From a virus (lineage: Duplodnaviria > Caudoviricetes): a stretch of 35,061 nt of DNA. The stretch is from positions 1-35,061 of the IMG/VR virus record IMGVR_UViG_3300036779_000110. One strand, written 5' to 3'. Below the pieces are notes generated by a model that was not told where the DNA came from, made no database searches, and worked only from the letters and a program-made list of their open reading frames with translations. Positions 8,420-17,358 of the stretch are shown piece by piece. Position 1 is the stretch's first letter; the number at the start of each line of letters is the position of its first letter. The translations under genes were made by a program, and so were the position numbers.

Positions 8420-9403
8420 CTAGGGCGTCACGGTTCCATTTCGTCGGGCGATTTCGGCTTTCAACGCCGCCATCTGCGCGGGCGTCGCGAGTTTGGAGCC
8501 AGCCCCCGGCGCCTTGCCGGGAACTTCGGCTTTCGTCTCCCGCGCCTGTTCGCCCTTCGCGCTGGCGACCTGCTGCTGAAAAGAAACCTGCGCCGGATCA
8601 GCTTCACGCGCATTTGTCACTGGATTGATCCAAACGCCGGTCGGCTGTTTCTCAGGTGGTACGCCAATCGGAGCCCCAGCTTCGCCCAAACTCGGGTCCC
8701 ATGGAACCGCGCCGCCGGTCCGCAGCGGGACAAGCTGTTTCTTCGGATCGAGGCCGGTGTAAATCTTCGTCAGATCGTCCGCGTCGAAAGCGGCGCCGGG
8801 CAGGTTGGCGGCGTAGACCGCCGGATCAAACCGGCCGTTCGTGTAAGCCTTCCTGAACGCCGCCGATTGGGCTTGCGATATAGCTAGCTTCAGGGCGACC
8901 TGACGTTGCTGAAGGTAGTTCGCCCGCTGGTTTTGCAGGTAGCTTTGCGCGCCCTTCGTGTCGCCCTGCATAATCTGGCCAAGCGCCATCAGTTTGTCGC
9001 GGAATGTGAGCCCGCTTTGCGGATCGGTCGCCGTCAAGCGCGACAGGAACCCTTGCGGCTGGTCGGGCTGATCGGCGCTGCTCTGATCCGGTGGCGCGTT
9101 GGCCGGTGTATCGCGAAGCAGGCTGATCCGGCTAAGCGGCGTTGAATCGGTGGTATCCGGTCCCGACGAAAGCGAAGACAGCATCGACGGATCGAGCAAT
9201 GACATTCCGCCTGGCGAGCCGCCGTCAGGGGGCGCCGCTCCTGGCGGTGGTGCGCCGGGCGGCGGTCCTGACGCAGGCGAGGCCGGAACCTGATTGGCGG
9301 GCGACATGGCGCCGAGGGCGAGCGGCGGCATATTGGCTGCGGGCGTGTACCCGGCCGGAGCCAGGAGCCGTGAAAGGTCAAGACCGGCAAGCAGGCTGGC
9401 CAT
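8420..9403 (-). CDS. Putative internal virion / ejection protein with Pro-rich N-terminus
   Basis: ATG at 9403 (MASLLAG) follows directly after the upstream stop; low-complexity composition typical of ejected proteins. Confidence 0.6.
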   Translation of the reverse strand: MASLLAGLDLSRLLAPAGYTPAANMPPLALGAMSPANQVPASPASGPPPGAPPPGAAPPDGGSPGGMSLLDPSMLSSLSSGPDTTDSTPLSRISLLRDTPANAPPDQSSADQPDQPQGFLSRLTATDPQSGLTFRDKLMALGQIMQGDTKGAQSYLQNQRANYLQQRQVALKLAISQAQSAAFRKAYTNGRFDPAVYAANLPGAAFDADDLTKIYTGLDPKKQLVPLRTGGAVPWDPSLGEAGAPIGVPPEKQPTGVWINPVTNAREADPAQVSFQQQVASAKGEQARETKAEVPGKAPGAGSKLATPAQMAALKAEIARRNGTVTP

Positions 9404-9404
9404 A

Positions 9405-10448
9405 TTAGTAGAACTCCGGCGCGGCGCCCTGGACGGAACCGCCACTGCTGAACGGATTGAACATCGAAAGCGCGCCTGCGCCGCCGCCCGGCGCGAACAT
9501 CGAGGCCGCCGAGGTCAGGCCGCCGAGCGCCTGTAGCAGGCCGGGCTGTTGCGTGGTGGTCGAGGTTCCCGAGGATTGACCGGTTCCGGTGGTCGATTGG
9601 CCGGTGAACAGCGACGGATTGAGGCCCTGAAGCAGGCTTTCAAGCTGCGCCTGATATTGCAGGGGATATTGCGAAATCTGGTTTTGCAGGGCAGTTTGTT
9701 GGCCGCCGATCTCGCTCTGAAGGGCGATATTCCCCTGATTTTGCTGGTTCATCGACGCGGCGAGGCCGGTCAACAGACTGCCCTGTTGCAGCGCCGCCTG
9801 TTGATTGGCCTGTTGCGCTGTCAGGTTTTGCCCGGCCATGAACTCCTGACCCTGTTGGGTCGCCAGTTCGGCGGCTTGCCGGTTGGCGGCGTCCTGCGCC
9901 GAAAGGCCGGTCGCCGTGTCGTACATCTGGTTGAGCAGGCCGCCCTGCGTCGAAGCCCGGCCCATCGCCAACTGCCCGGCGGTCAGGGCTTGCGCGACGC
10001 CGTAACGCGACCCGCCAAAGGCGCCGGTCTGCGCGGCGGCGGCCTGCTGCGCGGCTTGGGTTTGCGCCGCTTGCTGGTCGTACTGCGCCAGGACCGGATT
10101 GATGACCTGACTCTGATACGGGTTTTCGTAAGCGCTCAGATTGGTCAGCAGGCTTTGCCCGGTCACAGGGTCAATCGTGCTGTTCGCCGAAACCTGCGGC
10201 ATGCCGGTTAGGGCATTCGACGCGGCGTTATACTGTCCCGGTAGTTGCAGGTTGTAGGCGTTGGCCGTCGCCCCGGACTGGAGCGCGGATTCACCGGGCG
10301 TGTAGGCGGCCGGACCCCCGGCCTGTAGCGCGCTGACCTGACCGGCGAGCGCCTGTGACGGGTTGCTGATCCAGGTCGGCACGTTCGGCGTCGCGGTCGA
10401 AGCCGTGTTCTGCGTCTGGTTGCTGGAGGTCTGCGTCTTGCTCGACAT
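9405..10448 (-). CDS. Gln/Ala-rich pilot / ejection protein
   Basis: MSSKTQTSS...YENPYQSQVI...GAFGGSRYGV pattern common in podoviral ejection proteins; Gly-rich hydrophobic C-terminus. Confidence 0.7.
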   Translation of the reverse strand: MSSKTQTSSNQTQNTASTATPNVPTWISNPSQALAGQVSALQAGGPAAYTPGESALQSGATANAYNLQLPGQYNAASNALTGMPQVSANSTIDPVTGQSLLTNLSAYENPYQSQVINPVLAQYDQQAAQTQAAQQAAAAQTGAFGGSRYGVAQALTAGQLAMGRASTQGGLLNQMYDTATGLSAQDAANRQAAELATQQGQEFMAGQNLTAQQANQQAALQQGSLLTGLAASMNQQNQGNIALQSEIGGQQTALQNQISQYPLQYQAQLESLLQGLNPSLFTGQSTTGTGQSSGTSTTTQQPGLLQALGGLTSAASMFAPGGGAGALSMFNPFSSGGSVQGAAPEFY

Positions 10449-10451
10449 GGC

Positions 10452-10880
10452 CTAGAGCGCCTTGCGCAAGGTGACGCTGAACAACTTGTAGCCGACCGGC
10501 TGCAACAGCCGCCGCCACGCCTCGCGGCCTTCGATCAGGATTTCAACGCAACCCATCATCCGGGCCAGCGCTTCGATCCCCGGCGCCATGCGCAGAAGCT
10601 CGTCCACGTCGCCGGTCGCCCAAAGCACCTGAAACACCTTGGCGCCGCCGGGGTAGACCTCGATCTGACCGACCATCGCCGCCCTGGCGCCGGGGAAGAA
10701 GAACGCCCGCCGGGTCGCCACCCGGTTCTCCAATTCCTCGATGGTCCAATAACCGTCGTCGGTCATCGCCTCGATGAAACCGTCGCGGAACCGCGCCCAT
10801 TGCGACAGCAGCGGATCGACCGTCGTTTCCAGGTCGATCAGGTCGTCAGCCGGAGTGAGGGAAAGAGCTTCGCCATCCAT
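10452..10880 (-). CDS. GNAT-fold-like virion assembly protein (P22 gp14-like position)
   Basis: IEALARMMGCVEILIEGREAWRRLL..GY motif; lies between tail hub and ejection genes; ATG 10880 sits just downstream of a copy of the late motif. Confidence 0.6.
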   Translation of the reverse strand: MDGEALSLTPADDLIDLETTVDPLLSQWARFRDGFIEAMTDDGYWTIEELENRVATRRAFFFPGARAAMVGQIEVYPGGAKVFQVLWATGDVDELLRMAPGIEALARMMGCVEILIEGREAWRRLLQPVGYKLFSVTLRKAL

Positions 10881-10887
10881 CCCCAAG

Positions 10888-10919
10888 GCCGGGTGAACCC
10901 GTTCCTTTGGGATTTCAAT
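10888..10919 (-). promoter_or_regulatory. Putative late promoter motif (ejection-protein unit)
   Basis: ATTGAAATCCCAAAGGAACGGGTTCACCCGGC aligns without gaps to four other copies. Confidence 0.65.
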
Positions 10920-10933
10920 CGTCTCGCGCGGGC

Positions 10934-12442
10934 CTAACGCCCGCCGATAGCGGACAAGTCGAATTCCAGCTTGCCGCCGCGCACATAGGCCGGGGAAGAC
11001 GAGAAGTCGAAGCGCACCTGTGCGATCCGTCCGGCCGCCCGGAACGCGAGCCGTTCCTGGCCCGGCGTCAGGGTGAACGGGCCTTTGGTGCGCACCGTCT
11101 TCGCCTGCGGATGGTCGCGCATGTACAACGTCAGCGACAGCGGCCCTTGCTGGCTCTTGAAGTCCGGCCACAGGCCGTTGACCATCAGGCCGCCCGCCGC
11201 GTCGCCGAGGTAGAAATCGGCGCTCTGGATGAACCCCGTGATCGGCTGGCCGTCCGCCGAATTGCCTTTTTCATGCAGGTACACATTCCCGGTCGGATCG
11301 ACGCCGATTGGGTTCGACTGCGGCCCGGCGTCGATCCATGCCGTACGCGCAAGAAGGTCGCGATTCCAGCCGTCCGGCCCGATACACAGTTGCCGCGAGC
11401 ACTCGAATCCGTCGCGCGTGTCCGGGTAGAACCAGCCGATTTCCTGGAACTGCGCGACCGCCGTCCCGATGATCTTGTCCGACTGGCCCGCCGTCACATA
11501 GTTGGCGAACATCGAACGGATCGGACAGACGACTTGTGACGGCACGCCGCCGAGGCTGTAGGTCCAGAAGGTCAGGTCGCCCGCGATCCACATCACGTTC
11601 TGGCCTTGCACCACCGGGGCGCCGGGGCTGATCGCGCCGCAGTGGTCGCCGACCTTCTCGAACTGCCACGTCTGGCCAGGATTGCCGAGGTAGGTCCCGA
11701 GGTAGAGCCCGACCGACGTCCAGACGAGGACATAGTCGCCGACGACCCGCGCGGTGACGATCCGGCCGAAGGCTTGCAGGATGTACTCGCCCGCGTTGTT
11801 GCTGACTGAGGTCGTCCAATCGGTTTGATCCTCGATATCTGACCAACGGATGCACAGGGGATTGAAGGTCCCCGAGGTTTCCTCGTTGCAGCCGAACGCC
11901 ATCATCTGCCGCTGCGGTACGACCAGCATGTAAGTCACTTCAGCGGGCGAATTGGGAACCTGCGCTGCCAGATCGGACGAGACGCCGTCCCATTGGTAGA
12001 TCATCCCGCCGCGCGGGTTGGCGACAAGCTGGTCGCCCCAGGTCGAGAGTGACCATGTGAGCGGGTAATATTCCGTGTCGCTCACGGTGCCGTAGGTGCC
12101 GACGTTATAGGCCCCGGTCCCGTAGCCGGAACCGCCGGTCCCGTCGATCTCGCCGTTGGTCCAGGGCGTCGGAGTGATGTCGTACAGCAGGTTGTCGCGC
12201 CACACTTGCAGGCCATTGTGCAGCCCAAAACCGACCGCCAGATCGTCGGTGAAGTCGGTCCAAGCGAGAGTCGAGCGGCACACGCCCTTGAGCGCTTGAA
12301 GGGTCAATCGCTCCCATCCGCCCTTCGTCTGCCAGGACCCGTTGTAGAAGCGGATCAGCGAGGCGTTCACCCACCGGCCAAGCTCGTTGAAGGTCGTGTC
12401 GTCGGAGTCGAGGCCCTGCGCGGGTTGGAACGGCTGATTCAT
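10934..12442 (-). CDS. Tail hub / packaged-DNA stabilisation protein (P22 gp10-like)
   Basis: 502 aa, beta-rich with W/D/G; IRWSDIED and CGAISPGA motifs; position in the structural operon. Confidence 0.7.
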   Translation of the reverse strand: MNQPFQPAQGLDSDDTTFNELGRWVNASLIRFYNGSWQTKGGWERLTLQALKGVCRSTLAWTDFTDDLAVGFGLHNGLQVWRDNLLYDITPTPWTNGEIDGTGGSGYGTGAYNVGTYGTVSDTEYYPLTWSLSTWGDQLVANPRGGMIYQWDGVSSDLAAQVPNSPAEVTYMLVVPQRQMMAFGCNEETSGTFNPLCIRWSDIEDQTDWTTSVSNNAGEYILQAFGRIVTARVVGDYVLVWTSVGLYLGTYLGNPGQTWQFEKVGDHCGAISPGAPVVQGQNVMWIAGDLTFWTYSLGGVPSQVVCPIRSMFANYVTAGQSDKIIGTAVAQFQEIGWFYPDTRDGFECSRQLCIGPDGWNRDLLARTAWIDAGPQSNPIGVDPTGNVYLHEKGNSADGQPITGFIQSADFYLGDAAGGLMVNGLWPDFKSQQGPLSLTLYMRDHPQAKTVRTKGPFTLTPGQERLAFRAAGRIAQVRFDFSSSPAYVRGGKLEFDLSAIGGR

Positions 12443-12444
12443 CG

Positions 12445-14064
12445 CTAGAAATCCGCATTGGCGGCCCAGCCGCCGCTGATCGACAATGCAGAATTGATGG
12501 TCTGTCCTGTGACCCCGACACCCGTAATAAACATATTTGTATCGGCGCCGTTAATCGTGGTTGAAGTTGAGATTGCCCATCCGCCGCTTAAGTAACCCCA
12601 CAGACCGCTTGCTCCAGACGCAAAATTCCCTCGATAATAGGTAATCGCCGGAGTAATGCGTTTCTGTACTAAAAATGGAATAGCCAAATTGACATTCGAA
12701 GCCGTGTAAGCTTGCCCTATGTGATTTACAATTGCGTTTCCGTCCGCCGGAATCACGCCAAATGGCATGTTATTTTCATAATAACGCTGGCAAAGCCTCA
12801 ATTCTTCAGCATAAGCGCGGCGTTCAAATGACGTGGCCACGGCCCCCGGTTCAAGTTGCACATCCGTCAACCACAGGCCGTTCCCAACTGTAGCCAGCAT
12901 ATTCACTTGGCTAGGCCCGGAGACGAAATTCCCGGCCTGCCAAGCGTCAAACGTGCTGGTCTGATAAGTCGCGCCCGACCCAAAACATATCGACAGGGTC
13001 ACGCCCGCCGTGTTGTCCGTCGCCCAGGTTCCGCTTGTCGGGCCGGGCACGGTAAACGACACCTTAGTTGTGGTCGCCGCCGCCAGCGTGACTTTGTGCA
13101 CATAGCTTTGTGCGGCGCCGCCATTGACCAAGCGGACGAAATAATCGCCCGCGACCGTAACAGATATGACGAATGAGATCGTGACTGGCTGTGCGTTAGG
13201 CGTGCCCCAAGCCAGATCGGCGATGTTCAAACCTTCAATGGTCTGGCCAATTCCAGCGGCAATACCGGCCGGAATCGTCGCTTGGGCGGTGGTGACTGAA
13301 ACCTGTAGGGCGGTCCTCGTCAGAGTGACCGGCGCCCAATTCAGGGTCGTTTGCTCAGCGTTAGCGGTCGCGGTTCCACCACTCCCGACCACCGCGTTCC
13401 AGCGATCCACCGTGTAGAAAACAGCGCCCTGCGTTAGCGCTTGGGGACCGCCAACGTGGCGCTGATCGATGCGCATATCGCCATTGATCAGGCGATTACG
13501 CCAAGCAATTGGCGCAGGCTCCCACAGAGCGACGGTCCCATTGGTCCCGAGGAACTGCCCGGCGTGACCGGACACGGACGGCAGGTTGATCGCCGAGGCC
13601 GAAGCAATCGAAGCGTCGGTGTAAGCCTTTTGCGCGGCGTCACCCGCGTCGGCATAGGCTTTCACCGTCAGGCCACCAATCAGCACCGGATAGAAGGTCG
13701 TCCCATCGGTGAACAGCGGCCCGGCGTCGCCCGAATTGAACACGGGCGAGGGCGAGGCGCCCGCCGAAAGCTGCACGCCGCCCGTGGAGCCGTTATGCAC
13801 GAAGTAGCTCTTGGACACCGAAGGCGCCGTGATCACGCCGCCGGAGCCGCCGGTCACGTCGATGAACCCCATGCGCGCTTCGTCGGTCGCGCCGAGGTTC
13901 ACGGTCAGGGTGTGCGGCCCGGACAGGCTGATCGCCAGCCGCCCGTTGACCGAGTCATCGACAAGTTGGAACACGCCCTGATTGAGGATCACGCCCCAGG
14001 TGTTGTTATTCTCGCCGGTCGCCTGAAGGGTGAACCGCGCCGAAGATGTGTAAGACGACGGCAT
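12445..14064 (-). CDS. Tail fibre / receptor-binding-like protein
   Basis: N-terminal ATGENNNTWG anchor, RNRLINGDMRIDQR domain and FERRAYAEELRLCQRYY motif seen in podoviral fibres; low-GC C-terminus. Confidence 0.75.
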   Translation of the reverse strand: MPSSYTSSARFTLQATGENNNTWGVILNQGVFQLVDDSVNGRLAISLSGPHTLTVNLGATDEARMGFIDVTGGSGGVITAPSVSKSYFVHNGSTGGVQLSAGASPSPVFNSGDAGPLFTDGTTFYPVLIGGLTVKAYADAGDAAQKAYTDASIASASAINLPSVSGHAGQFLGTNGTVALWEPAPIAWRNRLINGDMRIDQRHVGGPQALTQGAVFYTVDRWNAVVGSGGTATANAEQTTLNWAPVTLTRTALQVSVTTAQATIPAGIAAGIGQTIEGLNIADLAWGTPNAQPVTISFVISVTVAGDYFVRLVNGGAAQSYVHKVTLAAATTTKVSFTVPGPTSGTWATDNTAGVTLSICFGSGATYQTSTFDAWQAGNFVSGPSQVNMLATVGNGLWLTDVQLEPGAVATSFERRAYAEELRLCQRYYENNMPFGVIPADGNAIVNHIGQAYTASNVNLAIPFLVQKRITPAITYYRGNFASGASGLWGYLSGGWAISTSTTINGADTNMFITGVGVTGQTINSALSISGGWAANADF

Positions 14065-14241
14065 CTAGCTTTTGCGCTTCCCGTGATAGTTCTTCTGGCC
14101 CGGCGCGGCGTGCGCCTTGCGCGCGAGATTGCCGATCACCCCGCCCGGCACGCCTTGCGCCTTCAGTTGCGCGGCCCGGCCGCCATGCCCCAGCGCGTTG
14201 CTCTTGCCCTTGAAAGACCCGCTCTTCCTGATCGGCGGCAT
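14065..14241 (-). CDS. Small basic protein (58 aa)
   Basis: AGGAGG RBS; MPPIRKSGSFKGKS...KRKS; stop codon abuts the next ATG. Confidence 0.7.
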   Translation of the reverse strand: MPPIRKSGSFKGKSNALGHGGRAAQLKAQGVPGGVIGNLARKAHAAPGQKNYHGKRKS

Positions 14242-14242
14242 G

Positions 14243-14449
14243 TCACCATCCTCCTGTTTTCGGACCGGGTATCTTCGGCACGCCCGGAATCCCCGGCGGC
14301 TTCGGCGCCCGAAACCCGGCCCTGGCCGGACCAAGGCCGCCAAGCAGCCCTTTCGCGGCGCCGGTCCGCGTCTTGTCGGACCTCTTCGCGAATACGGCCT
14401 TCCGCCTGGCGGGATTGAGGTTGCTATTCGGAAATCCAAGTTTGGCCAT
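14243..14449 (-). CDS. Small basic Gly/Pro/Lys-rich protein (68 aa)
   Basis: TGATG coupling with the upstream gene; AGGAGG RBS; MAKLGFPNS... Confidence 0.65.
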   Translation of the reverse strand: MAKLGFPNSNLNPARRKAVFAKRSDKTRTGAAKGLLGGLGPARAGFRAPKPPGIPGVPKIPGPKTGGW

Positions 14450-14712
14450 CACACCGGCCCTCCTGTGCTGATCTTCAACCACGCGCCGCCAAGGCTGATC
14501 GCGAGTTCGCTCTGGTCGCTGACGATGACGACGGTGTTCGGCCAGTCGGCGGCGGGCGGCAGGTTGGCCTTCGTCACCGTCCATAGAGGCATCGGCGCAC
14601 GCGGCGTGATCGGCATGAAGAACCCGACCATCTTCAGCGCCATGCGCTGCGCCCACATCGGCGCGGCCGGTTCGACCAGGGCGACCGCCGAAGGGGATGG
14701 TTGCGTCACCAT
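14449..14712 (-). CDS. Small virion-associated protein
   Basis: 87 aa, overlaps the adaptor stop; LPPAADWPNTVVIVSD...LAISLGGAW. Confidence 0.65.
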   Translation of the reverse strand: MVTQPSPSAVALVEPAAPMWAQRMALKMVGFFMPITPRAPMPLWTVTKANLPPAADWPNTVVIVSDQSELAISLGGAWLKISTGGPV

Positions 14713-15344
14713 GCCGGTTCGATCCTGCCGACCGCGATGCGCCGGTTCGATTGGCTGCGCAGCTTGGTGTAAGCCTCATCTTCCTGCGCCATCGCGTTGC
14801 TGATACGCGGGTCCTGCGCGGTCGCCGACAGGTAGTCGCGATAAAGCCGCAGCTTGGTGCGGGCGACGATCAAATCCTGACCGGTGGTGGTCCAGGTGTT
14901 CGACACCGTGTCGTCGGTGCCGTCGATCACCGGTTGCGCTTGCTGCACGATTTCCATCAGCAACGGATACGGCTGGTTCGGCGTCGGGTAGATCAGGATT
15001 TGATCGCCGAGCATCGCCCATTCGGTCGGCTGGCCATAAGACGGCGTTGAATAGGCGGCCATGATCCAATCGACCTGACGTTCAGTCATCCTGTAACGCA
15101 CCCCACCGATCACCGCCCGGATCACGTCAATACGCAAAATTGATGGATCAATACTGACGTACATCGAGTTGACCACTGAGGGCACGGTCAACAGGCCCTC
15201 GTTGAACCACCACCGCTCCCATTCATAATGGTCGATGGATTTCAGGATCGCCGTGGTCAGGTCGTTGGCCAGGACATCGGCCAGATCGTCGCGCAGCGTC
15301 TCGCTTTGAATCCGCGTCTTCAGGTCGCCGAGGTCATCCGGCAT
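14706..15344 (-). CDS. Head-tail adaptor protein
   Basis: 212 aa, two genes downstream of the capsid; GQPTEW...ILIYPTPNQPY motif typical of podoviral adaptors. Confidence 0.7.
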   Translation of the reverse strand: MPDDLGDLKTRIQSETLRDDLADVLANDLTTAILKSIDHYEWERWWFNEGLLTVPSVVNSMYVSIDPSILRIDVIRAVIGGVRYRMTERQVDWIMAAYSTPSYGQPTEWAMLGDQILIYPTPNQPYPLLMEIVQQAQPVIDGTDDTVSNTWTTTGQDLIVARTKLRLYRDYLSATAQDPRISNAMAQEDEAYTKLRSQSNRRIAVGRIEPAW

Positions 15345-15356
15345 GCCCGCACCGCC

Positions 15357-15734
15357 TTAACCAGGGCCGGGCAGGTAATCCACCCAAATGGTCGCCACGC
15401 CCTGCGTCGGCGCCGGGCCGGTGTTGGTGATGCTGCCGTAAATCGGCGTGTCGATCGCCAGCGGCCCCATGGTCGCCGCCGGGACCGGCGTATCGACCCG
15501 CGCCACCGCCGCATGCAGATCGGACCCGGCGACGATTTGCGAGCCGCCCGGCGTGGTGCCGACGTTCAACAGGCTGGTAGTCGAGTTCCAGACCTGTGAC
15601 GTCAGGATGTGACAGGTCATCATGATCGCCCCGGCCGGGAGCACGCCGATCACGCCCGCCGTCTGGCCGAAGCCGAACTGCACGCTGATTTCATGGATGA
15701 CCTGAAGTTGGGTCTTGCGACCGCCCGTAGCCAT
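15357..15734 (-). CDS. Probable capsid decoration / minor head protein
   Basis: 125 aa, beta-rich (IGVLPAGAI, LNVGTT), immediately after the capsid gene with a GGAGG RBS. Confidence 0.6.
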   Translation of the reverse strand: MATGGRKTQLQVIHEISVQFGFGQTAGVIGVLPAGAIMMTCHILTSQVWNSTTSLLNVGTTPGGSQIVAGSDLHAAVARVDTPVPAATMGPLAIDTPIYGSITNTGPAPTQGVATIWVDYLPGPG

Positions 15735-15745
15735 GTCGCGCCCTC

Positions 15746-16816
15746 CTAGTTGGTGAAAGTCGAGCCGACGATGACGCCGAAGGATTGCGAGTTAAACTGA
15801 AGCTTCTTCAGGCCATGAATCACCCCAGCTTCAACACCAAGCTGATTTCCGTAGTCGAACAGTTCCTCATTCCAGTCGAACGACTTGAACGACTGGCCCT
15901 CCCCGAAGCCGATCGCCGCCGCTTGAGCGCCGAGCAGGATGCAGCGCCGCGCGGTTGCGACTTGCGCGCCGGTCGTGCTGTTGACCCCGTTGGTGACGCG
16001 GGTCGATTCATGCAAGACGGCGCCGTTATACATGCCGAGGGCGCCGGTCATGATCGGGTTCTTGGCCGAACCGTCGCCGGTCATCGCCGCCTTCTGGATA
16101 TCGAGCCACTGTCCGGCGTTGGTGTTGGACCGAAGCTGTGTGACCTGCTTGGTGTGCATGACCACGACGTAACGGTCTTCACCATCGACGTTCACCGGCC
16201 GGATCACCGGCCCGACGCCGTTGGTCGAACCGAGCTTGGCGCTCTCAACCATCTTGTCGATCAGGACCAGGGACATTTCGTCTCCGGCCGCCAGGGCTTC
16301 GTCCGCCGCCTTGGCGTTCGGCCGGGTGATGTGGTTGGCGTCCGGGCCGATCACCGCGTTGTTGCCGGTATAGCGAAGGTCCGTGGTCGGCGTGTAGCCG
16401 CAAAGCTGATTGAAGAACGCCGTGTCGAAACGGCCCGCCCACCAATCCTTGAGGCCCATCATCGCCTCTTCGCGGATCGACCAGGGAATCCGCTGTTCGG
16501 TCATCTTGCCGCCCGAGCGCACGCCGTGGCGTAGCTGGTCGATCAGCAGGTTGTCGGTGTAGGTGGTCAGCGGTTCTTCATTGCCCTCAAGGGTCGCGTC
16601 GCCGCTGACCCCATCGCCCGTAAGCTGCATGCGCAGGGTCGCAGTCACGCGGTCGCCTGCCGATTTCGAGGTTTCGCCGAACACCTGGACGATATCGTCG
16701 GACGAATCGCCGACGAACTTCTGAATCCAGGTCGCCTTCAAGGCTTCACGGGCGAGTTGCGAGCGCCAAAGCTTTACGGCTTCAGGCGCGTTCACGCCAT
16801 AGACAGTTCCGGCCAT
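15746..16816 (-). CDS. Major capsid protein, N4-gp56 / DUF4043 family
   Basis: AVKLW...GDRVT..LRMQLTGDGVSGDATLEGNEE.L......LIDQLRH and WNEELFDYGNQ motifs. Confidence 0.92.
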   Translation of the reverse strand: MAGTVYGVNAPEAVKLWRSQLAREALKATWIQKFVGDSSDDIVQVFGETSKSAGDRVTATLRMQLTGDGVSGDATLEGNEEPLTTYTDNLLIDQLRHGVRSGGKMTEQRIPWSIREEAMMGLKDWWAGRFDTAFFNQLCGYTPTTDLRYTGNNAVIGPDANHITRPNAKAADEALAAGDEMSLVLIDKMVESAKLGSTNGVGPVIRPVNVDGEDRYVVVMHTKQVTQLRSNTNAGQWLDIQKAAMTGDGSAKNPIMTGALGMYNGAVLHESTRVTNGVNSTTGAQVATARRCILLGAQAAAIGFGEGQSFKSFDWNEELFDYGNQLGVEAGVIHGLKKLQFNSQSFGVIVGSTFTN

Positions 16817-16823
16817 CGGGGGG

Positions 16824-16925
16824 CCTCATTCTGATGAGGTTTTTGCATCCCCGCCGATGACGTTGGCGGTCCCCGAAAGCCGGGCTTACAGCCCCCGGCG
16901 GCGCATCGAGTCCTTATCGCGGACT
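16824..16925 (-). promoter_or_regulatory. Structured 5' leader of the capsid mRNA (four hairpins)
   Basis: Inverted repeats at 16909-16925, 16879-16899, 16851-16869 and 16824-16839. The last one contains the GAGG RBS. Confidence 0.55.
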
Positions 16926-16938
16926 AGTCGAGAATTTC

Positions 16939-16970
16939 GCCCGTTGAAGGTGTTCGTTTCACGGGTCAAG
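16939..16970 (-). promoter_or_regulatory. Putative late promoter motif (capsid unit)
   Basis: CTTGACCCGTGAAACGAACACCTTCAACGGGC. Confidence 0.75.
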
Positions 16971-16977
16971 GTGTAGG

Positions 16978-17358
16978 GTGCAAATTGCACCTGATGGAGG
17001 AGTGGTCTTGTCGAACAGTTCTGAACAGAAACGAACAAAACTGGTCAGCAGCCATGTTCCAAGCGTCGCCAAGATCGACGCTGCTTTGAAGATGCTTCTG
17101 AAACGCTATCCGCTCGACAAAATCGAAATCCTCATCCTCCGCGACAGCTACCACGCCCGCGCCTACCCGGCGGCCTACCACCCGGAAGTCGGCCGCCGCC
17201 GGAACGCGGCTATCGTGGCGCGCGGCGGCTCGATCACCCTAGCTGAAGCCGACACCATTCAAACCGAAGCCCTGGCGCCGGTCGCGCATGTCCGGGCGCC
17301 GACCCTTGAAGACGCCGTTCGGGCGCTGGAAAAAGCTCTATTGGAGGGACCCTTATGA
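16978..17358 (+). CDS. Hypothetical protein (start uncertain)
   Basis: First ORF of the plus-strand island, coupled to the next gene by ATGA. The true start may be further downstream (for example ATG 17092). Confidence 0.5.
   Translation: MQIAPDGGVVLSNSSEQKRTKLVSSHVPSVAKIDAALKMLLKRYPLDKIEILILRDSYHARAYPAAYHPEVGRRRNAAIVARGGSITLAEADTIQTEALAPVAHVRAPTLEDAVRALEKALLEGPL

Noticed and set aside
10881-11171. 239-aa version of the GNAT-like gene
   Set aside because: It overlaps the tail-hub gene and the late motif; ATG 10880 fits better.
12445-12860. Diversity-generating retroelement target in the fibre tip
   Set aside because: No reverse transcriptase or template repeat was seen in the window.
16831-16902. 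Hammerhead ribozyme look-alike (CTGATGAG...CGAAA plus stem)
   Set aside because: Stem II has only about 2 bp at its base, stem III is followed by GG rather than UH, and there is no stem I partner. CTGATGAGG is explained by the RBS hairpin.
17013-17036. Alphaproteobacterial LexA box
   Set aside because: The box needs GAAC-N7-GAAC; the spacing here is N6. Kept only as a phased repeat.
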